From NCBI RefSeq assembly GCF_009914755.1, contig NC_060945.1: a stretch of DNA of 64,000 nucleotides, one strand, 5' to 3'. The notes under the pieces are model-generated. The model saw only the letters and a list, made by a program, of their open reading frames with translations, ran no database searches and had not been told where the DNA came from. Shown here one piece after another: positions 51,001 through 64,000 of the stretch. Within the stretch, counting starts at the first letter, position 1; every line of letters begins with the position of its first letter. The DNA is from the human T2T-CHM13v2.0 reference genome, Homo sapiens. The translations under genes and the position numbers were made by a program.

Positions 51001-51938
51001 CAAGAAAGTCTTTCTATATTTCTTATGTAAAAAAGGAAAAGAATGAAAAACATAGCAACAAAGCAAGTACATGATTGATGCCAAGGGGTAACCCTAAAGG
51101 TAAAAGTGGTGGCGTAGTCTGCCCATCACCTCACAAACTCTGCTGCCGCTCCTCTTCCTCCTTGTTTACAGAATCCCATTTTTGCTCAGGAATCTACCTG
51201 CCTGTGTCTCACGAGATATCTGGAAAAACATAAAATCATGGTGGTCCCATCCCATCCCATCCCTCTGCAGTGATTTGTGGCACTTGGTCATGTGATGCCA
51301 TCAGGGCCAATGAGATTGGAGGAACTGTCCAGGGGGCTGCTGAGTAAAGCTTCTTTGCTCTTAAAAAGAAGAACAAAGAAGCCAAAGGACCACTTTTTCC
51401 TTCAACAGGATAGCACCGTTTCTGGATGTGATGACTGGCAATGTGGCAGCCATTTGAGCCTTAGGGAGCTATCCTGGGGACCAAGCCAAACTCTGAGGAT
51501 GTTGGTAGAAAGATGGAAAAGCCTGAATCCTTGAAGATATTGTTGAGCCACTGAATCAACCTACCCTGGAGCTGTCCTAGCTCAGGACTTCAGCTCCAGT
51601 GACAGAAGACATTTTTCTTTTTGTTAAAGCCAGCTGAGGTGGGGATATCTATTACCTTCCAACTCACATGCCAGTCACAGGAAGCCCTGTTTGTGAGGCT
51701 TCAAGCCCCTTGGGTGCATTTGAGGGGAAGTTTGAGTCCTCAGGGACATGCCCTCTGGGGACAAGAATGAGAAGGGGTCATAAGCCCTCTGTGGCTGGGG
51801 AGGCAGAGAAGTCATCCTGAGCTAGGGTCACTCTTTGCCCTGGCACCTCAGTGGGTGAGAGGAACTGCCAGGGTGAGGTAGGGAGATATATTTAATACAA
51901 GCAGCCCCTCAGTCTGGCCCCTGGGATATTTGATACGA

Positions 51939-52282
<344 letters not shown>

Positions 52283-52732
52283 TAACAGAATCAGAAGGTG
52301 TAGCTGGGAGACAAAAGACCCATCACAGCTTCGTGATATTTGGAGGGAAGTTTTCTTCCTTCAGAGCAGAAAGGATCACTGCTGTCATGGGGGAAGAATA
52401 TTAGCAGCCTCATGGGAGCTGGAGTGAGGCTGGAGTTGGGACAGTGGCCAGCCTTACAGAGCCATGGGTAGGTTGCAAGGGCTAGGCAAGCAGAGCCCCA
52501 TGGCCGTGCTGTGGTGGGGAAGAGGCAGGCAGGGGGAAAGCCCACTGCAGGTATTTCCACAGTGCGCCAGAAGCAATGATGGTTTCAATTGGTTGGTAGA
52601 TGAGTCTCCCTGAATTAAACTTCACTCATCCCAAACTGGTATTGATTTAAAATATCTTAAACTGGGATAATCTCTTGCAGTATGTTGGAGCTGTGCACCC
52701 GAAGAGAGAAGGGGAAATAAAGTCTTATTGTG

Positions 52733-52735
<3 letters not shown>

Positions 52736-52772
<37 letters not shown>
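52736..52772. repeat. (TG)n microsatellite
   Basis: Direct reading. Confidence 0.96.
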
Positions 52773-52777
<5 letters not shown>

Positions 52778-53109
52778 AGACAGGAGGGAGAGAAGAGGAG
52801 GGCATGGGAAGAGAGGAGAGGAGAAGGGGGAGAAGGGGAGAATGAGTCCTCATTTAACCTGGTCCTGAGGAGGGGGTGGCTGGTTTCTGCACTGAGATAT
52901 AGGTGTTTCCTTCTCTTGCCTTGCCTCCAGCTTGAAATCAACCACTTCCCTCATTTCCTTGGAATGAAGTCAAGGAAGACTTGCTTACTCTTACAGTGCA
53001 AAACCCAGCCCCGGGTCTTCCCACTGTGATCTACTGAACCCTAAGGTCACTCAGAGCGACTTGAAAGTGTTTCAGGGGCCATAAATGCTCAACTCAAATC
53101 TCATTTAAA

Positions 53110-53500
53110 AATTTTCCCACTTTATACCTGTTAGGATAGCCTGTATCAAAAACCAAAACCCTTGAAAACAGCAAGTGTTGGTGACTGTGTGGAGAAATTG
53201 AAACGCTTTTGCACTATTGGGGATGTAAGATGGTGCACCGACTATGGAAACAGTAGGGAGGTTCTTCCAAAAATTTAGTACAGAACTACTACATGGCCCA
53301 GCAATTCCGCTGCTGGATACATGCCCAAAAGAGTGAACGCAGAGACTCAAACAGTCTTTGTACCCCAGTGCTCATAGCGGCATTATTCACAGTAGCCAAA
53401 AGGTTGAAACAACTCAATGTCCATTGATGGGTGAATGGATAAATCAAATATGATGTATCCATATCATGGGACATGATTCAGCCTTAAAAAAGTAATGAAG
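53110..53500 (+). mobile_element. Old L1 3' fragment
   Basis: ggagaaattgaaac...actatggaaacagt...cagcaattcc...cattattcacagtagccaaaagg. Confidence 0.82.
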
Positions 53501-53501
53501 T

Positions 53502-53803
<302 letters not shown>

Positions 53804-53895
53804 CTACTTACAAAACTGTAGTAAGAACAGGACACTCGGGTACTAAAAATACACACACGGCCCACCTGTGTGCTAAGCTGTGTTTCCCTTTTATC

Positions 53896-54297
<402 letters not shown>

Positions 54298-54925
54298 TAG
54301 GAAGTTTGTATCTCTTGTATGGATCTATTAAAAATTCAGACTTGATTTTCTCCACTTACATAAAGTTGCGGGAATACAGCTATAACATGCCCTTATCACA
54401 GCCAAAAGAGCCAGTTGTGGATAAACAGCTTGAGACATGCTGATATTATCTTTGTCATTTATTGTAAAGTTTTGATGCTTCTTGCCTGACTTTTGTTATG
54501 AATAAGAATACAAGCGACCGTTAGATATTGTCCATGGTTCTGCTTCAAAACAGAAACTTCCCTCTCGTTCTCCTCTCTCAAGCATCTGGATCAGTTTAAG
54601 TAAAGAGCATCTTGACACAGCCATCTGGAACTTCCTCTCAATTTCTGTATTCATCAAAAGGTACAAGTATTATAAATCTGAACTTGTGAAATAAAATTTT
54701 ACCAACAAAGTACTACATTTGTTTCAGACATTGAGGTTTCCATCAGATTTGAATTGCAAAAAGATTCTGCTGAAAACAAAAAGTTTGAAAAGCACTGTAT
54801 TTGCGCAATTCCCAGTTTGGTTCAGTTAAATGAATGCTCCTTGAAGATTTTGTTCAATTCTTAGCTGGACACACAGTACATTGGTGAGCGATAAGACATA
54901 GGAAAGTTAAATTCTGATTGTCCTT

Positions 54926-55512
<587 letters not shown>

Positions 55513-55827
55513 CATTAGACATTGACCATATCCATGTGAAGTCTGAACATCAAAACCTGAGAAGTTCACCTTCTTGATGCTGCCAATCTTTTGGCAACAT
55601 TACTGCAGAGTTAGACAGACTACATCAGTGGTTCTCCAGCCTGGGCAAACCCAGCTCCCAAGAGGGTGTAGAGAAACGTGTGGGCACAGCTTTTGTTGCA
55701 ATGACAAGACTCGCCATGCATATTTAGTAGGCAGGGACTAAAAATGTTAAATTTCAGGCAATGTTGGATACAGTCCTGCACAATAGAGCTCAAGGTGTAC
55801 CCTGAGAAACAGGGATCCAGAGAATTG

Positions 55828-56191
55828 CTGTGATTAATTTTACAGGGCAACTTGGCTAGGCCATGGTGCTCAGATATGTGGTAAGCTGTTATTTTGGATG
55901 TTTTCATGAGGGTTTTTGGGAGGAGATCAACATTTAAATCAGCCAAGTTGAAGTAAAGCAGATGGCGCTCCCTAATGTGGGTGGGGCTCACCCAATCAGT
56001 TGAAGGCAGGAATAGAACAACTTCTGACCTCTTTGAGCAAGAAAGACTTCTGCCTGCAGATGGCCTTTGGGCGTCAATTGCAACTCTTCCCTGAGCCTCT
56101 GGACTGTTGCCTACCCCATCAGATTTGGGACTCACTATGGCTCCACAATTACATGTCAATTCCGTAAAATAAATCTCTCTCCACTTACATA

Positions 56192-56222
<31 letters not shown>

Positions 56223-56263
56223 GACCTGTTGGTTTTGTTACTGGGGAGAACTCTGACTAATAT
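55828..56263 (+). mobile_element. MLT2 LTR with internal (CA)n
   Basis: tgtgattaattttac...caacttggctaggcc...ggagaactctgactaata. Confidence 0.8.
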
Positions 56264-56424
56264 AATTATCCCAAAGTTTCAGTTTCTGGTCTGAAAGTGA
56301 TCTTCAGTCCACTTATTCCTGTGCTTTGCAAATTCTACCTCTTTTTCAAATTTCAAAATTCAGAACATTTCAAAAATAAGTTGACATTGCAAATTTCATC
56401 TCATCAAATGCTAAAAAAAGTTCA

Positions 56425-56748
<324 letters not shown>

Positions 56749-57450
56749 TTTACACTTCTGCATATAGGACTCTAATTCAATAAATGTGGTGTTTAATTGA
56801 ACAAATGTGTATTGAACTCCAGTGACCCATTTGGAAGATGCTATTGGGGAGTGATATAAAGACAAGATATAGTCTCTGTCCCAATTTACCCAGAACAGAG
56901 AAAGGGCGACTATCAGGCACACAATTAATGGGAATACCAGGGCATTTCTGAGAGGCCGTATTACAGAGGTACAAATCAGGACCTGTGGGAGTCCTTCTCA
57001 CAGGAGATCATAACTCCAACTAATGCAACCTCCCCGCTAGTAAAACCTATTTTTCTTTTTCCTTCTGAACTATTTCTCTCCCAGTTATTATCAGTGAAAA
57101 GCCAGAAGCTTCTCTGGTTTCTCACCCATGTCCAGAGACAGACAAGCCGTGGGTTCAGAGGCTGGTTTTTCACATCCTCCACTTCACACCACGAGGACCT
57201 CACCCACTGCAGCTGCAGAACAGGAAGGGGTCATCTACATTGGTTACACGCCCCATTTTTAGCTGGATGTAGCTAATTATTTTCTGTTTAAGACTCTTGT
57301 CTTTTTAATCATACGAAGGAACTGCATTATTACGCTCTCATTGTAAGGATATGAACCATATGGTAGTGCAGAAAATAAAATGTGAAAATCTGTTCTATCT
57401 GTTCTCATTTCCTCATCTCATTCATTACTGCAACAAAAACCAATTGTCCT

Positions 57451-57882
<432 letters not shown>

Positions 57883-58057
57883 CTATTGTCCAGTCAAGTC
57901 TTTCTTGCTACCAGAGCAGGGGACATGCCACTGATGAGAGCGTCTTCTCTGTTCCTTCCAAACACTCAGCCCAGCATTCAGATCATTGCTCACCCAGTGC
58001 AGAGTCACGGTGCCAGGGTATGGAGTACAGATGCCAGAGCCACAGCCATCAGAGACA

Positions 58058-58879
58058 GTGTTTTTGTTTTCTAGGGCCCTGCAACAAATGACCACGAGCT
58101 ATGTGGTTTGTAGCAATAGTAATGTATTCTCTCACAGCTCTGGAGTCTGGAAGTCCCAAATCAAGATGTTGGCAGGGCTGTGCTCCCTCTGAGGCCTCCT
58201 CCAGGGAGGATCCTTCCTTGCCCCTCCCTGGCTTCTAAACTTTTCTGGTCCTCCTCAGCCTGTCGCTGCATCTTTCTAATCTCTGCCTCTGCCTTCACAT
58301 GGCCTCTTCCCTCTGTGGGTCTGTGTGTCCAAATTTCCCTCTTCTCATAAGGACACTGACCAGTGGATTGGGGTCTACACTCCTCCAGTGTGACCTCATC
58401 TTAACTTGATTACATCTGCAAAGACCTTTTTCTCAGGGAAGCTGATATGGTTTGGCTGTGTCCCCACCCAAATCTCATCTTGAATTGTAGCTCCCATAAT
58501 TCCCATGTGTTGTGGGAGGGACTCAGTGGGAGATAATTGAATCATGGGGGTGGTTTCCCTCATACTGTTCTCGTGGTAGTAAATAAGTCTCAAAAGATCT
58601 GATGGTTTTATAAGGGGGAACCCCTTTCACTTGGTTCTCATTCTGTCTCTTGCCTGCCACCATGGAAGATGTGCCTTTCACCTTCTGCCATGATTGTGAG
58701 GCCTCCCAGCCATGTGGAACTGTGAGTCCATTAAACCTCTTTTTCTTTATAAATTACCCAGTCTTGGGTATGTGTTTATCAGCAGCGTGAAAATGGACTA
58801 ATACAGAAGCTCACATTCACACACAAGGGAGTTATGACTTGAATAGATCCTCTGAGGGGACACAATTCAAGTCACAACA
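58058..58879 (-). mobile_element. MLT1 LTR interrupted by THE1
   Basis: Reverse MLT1 motifs on either side of the THE1. Confidence 0.78.
58443..58805 (+). mobile_element. THE1 solo LTR
   Basis: tgatatggtttggctgtgtcccc...ggactaataca; 5-bp TSD gaagc. Confidence 0.93.
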
Positions 58880-61583
58880 GATGGAGACTCCATACTTCTA
58901 AGCAATCCACCAGGAGCCACAATGGCCCCAAGCAAAAGATCATCTCTCTCGAAGGCCAGTCCTGCTTGACTATGGCACCTGGGCAGATAATGAAAACACT
59001 AACCCCCTTCAACGCTCCCCATGGACTGGGCTCACTGATCTGCAGAATGACCCCCGTGGGGACCTAGTCCAAGGTAACGTGCTGCAGCCCAAGCAACTGC
59101 TTGCTTCAATTTGCAAGCTGTGCAGAGCAGACAGCCCAAAATGGCAGTGGCTTGGGGAAAAGCCAGACGTTCTTGAAAAGCTGTCATTTCAGAAAGAAAG
59201 AAAAAAAAATCACTTATTTTTTGGATAGGCATTGAGTATCAAAGATTTAAAAATTTGGCTCTGACCACAATATATCTGAAAGTAGAGGTCATTCCGTAAA
59301 GATCAGCCTCTTCCTAAATCACCAGGCTTTCCAACCAGCTCCTGGCAGGGTCCGAGGGTCCCGTCAAAGTGGCCAGTGGACTGCCCCAAGGGAAGCATGA
59401 GGAAAGCACGTGGCCCCTTCTGGTAACTTGGAGAGGAGTGGCAATGGACAGAGAGTAAAGCTAGGGCATGAATGGGGACATTTTATAAAGGCAGCTTCCC
59501 TCCTCTCCTGGGCTCACTGGTACACAGGAGAGGAGAGTTGGTGGCTTGCTGAATAGCCATTGAGTTAAGAAATATAGCTTCAGACATACCATCTTGTAAC
59601 TGGAGCCATCCAAACCTCTACTTCTGAATGTTCCCATGGCAAAAACACAGATTTTCACAACATTCCAGGAAAATCCTGAAATTGAGTCCTGTAGAGGGCT
59701 TGGGATTGTTTTGCCAAGGAAATAATATTCCACACATTGGAGGTCCATCTGTGTGGGCAGATGTCTGTCTTGGGAATGACAGAGTGAGGCCCCAAGCTGG
59801 TGGTCACTGCTGGGAGTAGGGGCCGGGACATAGACTGGAGAAGGCAAATGGTACCACCTGATGCAGAGATAACATTGGCCTGGGGTCCTTGTGTCAGCTG
59901 ATGGGGACGGAGGTCAGCAATAGAAAGAGGACTCAGGAATGCATCTATCCTTCCTGTTCCCTGTCCCTTCACTCTCAAGGAAAATGGCAGCATCGTCACG
60001 ATTCCCCAAATGAAAATCACATTGGAAAATATCTAGTGTTTTATACAAGAAGGCCAGAGGCTGATATCATGACCTTAGGTTTTAGAATTTTCTATCAGCA
60101 GCAACATGTCAGCTAAAAAATTCCCTATCAAGTTATTACCTGAAGTTTTTTATGCCTTAACTTTAAAAATAAAGGTCTGCAACTCCAAGCAAAAATCTTG
60201 GACTCCTCTTTATGAATCAAACTGATTCCCAAACTGAGATCATAGCCCACTCCCTGGCCCCTGTGCTTATTATAAAACCCATCTTCTTTTCACGTCCAAT
60301 ATAATCAAGGCAGCCACACCCCACACGCAGCACTCCAGCCTTACTTTCCCCAAATCCAGGCCCCACTTCATGTGAAAATGCATATTATTACCCCTGTGGG
60401 CTCAGAGCCTGTTTTGAAATAAAGCAAATAAGAACCACAGGGGAGTGACTCAAGTCCAAATTGTGTGTCCTGACTTGGCGCAAATGTTCTTCCTTGTCCT
60501 TGCTTATTAACTTTGGGAGACACTGAGCATTCCCCAGGATGCGCTGGGGGTTTGCACACAATCCTGCCCAAAGCTGGGCAAAGCCTGCGTGCCCAGCAGC
60601 CAGGAATTCCCTCCCCTCCATCCCCGTTTGGGGCCTGTTCAGCCGCCCTCGTTTTCATGAACCCCACACAACCCACTGCGTTTGGAGGACCCTGTGATAT
60701 ATGGCGCCTTCCAGAGAACAGGATGCAGATGCGCGGGGGAGGTAACCGGAGAACAGCGCAAGAAGATGCGGCTGTCCCCGGAGCCCAACACATAAATTAC
60801 AAAAACAATTTCGAATTCAAGGGCAAGCATTGCCATTCCTCTCTTTTCCAAACTTTGGCTTTTTTGTGCTGAAGGTAAGTTTGAGAGGAGTGTAGATTTT
60901 ATCCCAAGATGACTTCTTCCCATTCCATTTTAATTATCCGCTGGGTCTCGGTGACTAAGTCATGAGTAGGGAGGACCCTTGTCTTCAATGCCCTGCCATT
61001 GGCCAGCCAAGATCCAGTGTTCACTGTAGCCATGGTCTTTTCTGGGAGCAGAGGAATTTGTTCAGGGGAAAGGGGAGAAGAGGTGGCCCACACGGAGGCA
61101 GGCAGAACTTCATGTCACTGCGGAGGCTGAACCCAAGACCAACCAGGCACTTGGCAGTGACCACCCCTCCCCACCTCCCCAGGGACACTCACTGTCCTGG
61201 CTGGACCCTTCCTGATCCTCCCAGTGTCAGGGAGCAAGCTTGATTGTCTGCGCCCAGGAGTCCCAGACTTGAGGGCTACATTTCTCCCGATTGCCTTTGT
61301 GCAGAGCACACAGATGGCTTCAAATAACAGGCTGGTTTCATGCACCTGTGCTCTGGCTGTCCCAGGTTTTAGAAAGGACTGATCCATCTCCTCTTGAAAC
61401 TTCCATCTGAATACACATCAATAGGGTGTATATGTGTGATGAAAGAAACACTCTTCAGCTACATGATTAGATGATCTGTGTTCCCCCAAAGTTTTGCAAA
61501 CAAGAGACTGCACTCTGGACTTAAACTTTCTTTTCAATAAAAGCAATCTAGGAAGTTTCCCAGTTTAGGTAGAAAGTGGATTA

Positions 61584-62078
<495 letters not shown>

Positions 62079-62232
62079 TTACCACCCTGAATGCCAGTTC
62101 CAAACACTGAATGGGGACACAGGTGACCTCAACAGCAGGACCTGACTGCTCTCTCCAAGCACAAGGAAACTTGTTTTTTAGATCTATACCCATCAGCAGT
62201 GTGAGCTGCAGGGAAAATGCATCTGGCTAAGA

Positions 62233-62656
<424 letters not shown>

Positions 62657-64000
62657 TGAGGCAGATACCGACCCTGAGCTCCACGTGACAGTGCTGTGGG
62701 CCTAGAAATGAGGGGGATGGGGAGTGTGGCTGCCACATGACAGGCAGGATCGTATACCTACAGCCTCCTGGACCTGGGCCCAGTAGAGCAAGTGCTGCCA
62801 CCTGATATTCCAATGTCACATTCAGAGACAGCCACTGGCCACTTCCCAGCAGGGCTGGTGGGCACTTGTGAGAATGGGAAACTGGACCCATGTGGAGGTG
62901 TCCTGCCTGGTATGCTCTGCCGGGCTGTGACTCACGGAGGGACGGGCCCTGCACCCAGGTGACATCAGAGCCCAGGGTGCCATCTTTTCTCAGCTCCTTC
63001 TAGCCCATGTTGTGGATGCAAGGCATGGGTGCCAGGTACTTTCCCCTTCCACCCACCCTTGGCTGCTGGGCCACCTTGACTGCCCTTGGAGTTCTGGGCC
63101 CTCAAGAGCCTTCTCCATCACCTGCTTCTCATGGGCGCTGCTCCGACACCCACCCCAGGTGCTCTGTGGAATGTGCCAGTCAGGGCTCCCTCACGGAGGG
63201 TGAACACCAAGGCCCACCTCAGCAAGCATGGCCAAACCACTCAACAAGCAGCCAGACACTGATGTCCTACCCAGCCCAGCCCTGTGACCTCGAGAGAAGG
63301 ATAAGACGGACACCCTGACATCAAGAATGCGTGGTCTCGTGTGCAGCCCAACGCAAGTGCACAGAATGAGGGGGTGTCAGGCTGATGACATGCACTAGGG
63401 GACTCTGGGGCAGGAGGGATCAGTGAGCTTCAAGGAGAAGGTGAACGCCATGCTGAGTCTTGAAGGATGAAGAGGATGGAAGGTGAGTTTCAAGTCAAAG
63501 CTAAATGAAAAAAAAAAAGAAATAAAGAATTGAAGCTGGCAGCGAGGAGAAAGAAAAGGTTCAGAGGCCAGGGTAATAGGGCAGTGGTCAGAGAGGGGAT
63601 GATGATGGGGGTTGGAGGATGGCAAGGAGCCCCTCAGCCACAACAGGGGACACCAAAGATGACAGAAGAGCCGGCATGAGGTCAAAGGGAGGCCAGACAA
63701 AGGAACTTTTGGAAACCTGGCAGAGGTGTGAATGGTGACTTCCAAGCTGGTGAGCAGCAGGATGGAAAGGGCGGGTGATGGGTGTGGCAGCCACATGTGT
63801 GGTGTGCTGGGCAGATGCCCTCATGGTGAAGCCGAGGCTCTGCCATTGACCACGAGGCACCACCAACCACACTCTGACTCCTCCAGCGATACAGCTGCCC
63901 TCTCATCAGGAACGGTACCAAGGAGCCTTGGTACCATCAACTATCTGCTGCCAACCGGTTACATGGAGTCTTTAAAACTGGGGCTGGGTTTTAAAGACTT

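Overview
Human-type (primate) genomic DNA, recognisable as the CLDN14 locus (chr21q22.13 from recall), with the gene on the minus strand. The window begins inside the single CLDN14 coding exon (ATG at 296, first 98 codons visible, running off the left edge, which is why the ORF track misses it). The rest is CLDN14 5'-UTR introns. Three candidate upstream non-coding leader exons could splice to one acceptor at 377: a THE1 LTR donor (~4968/5004), an exon ending at 18096, and a 138-nt exon at 47361-47498. Also present are a processed PSMD4 pseudogene interrupted by an Alu, about 35 Alus, MaLR/ERVL LTRs, L1/L2/MER fragments and a ~620-bp GGGA/GGAA purine tract. Nearly all ORFs in the supplied track are Alu-derived, repeat-derived or chance. 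I found no foreign DNA and no clear-cut new gene system. The best leads are leader-specific uORFs created by alternative 5' exons, a sense THE1 LTR with an intact DUX4 motif, TATA and splice donor, a local inverted templated duplication, and an apparent Alu-Alu gene conversion tract. Repeat boundaries are by eye and approximate.
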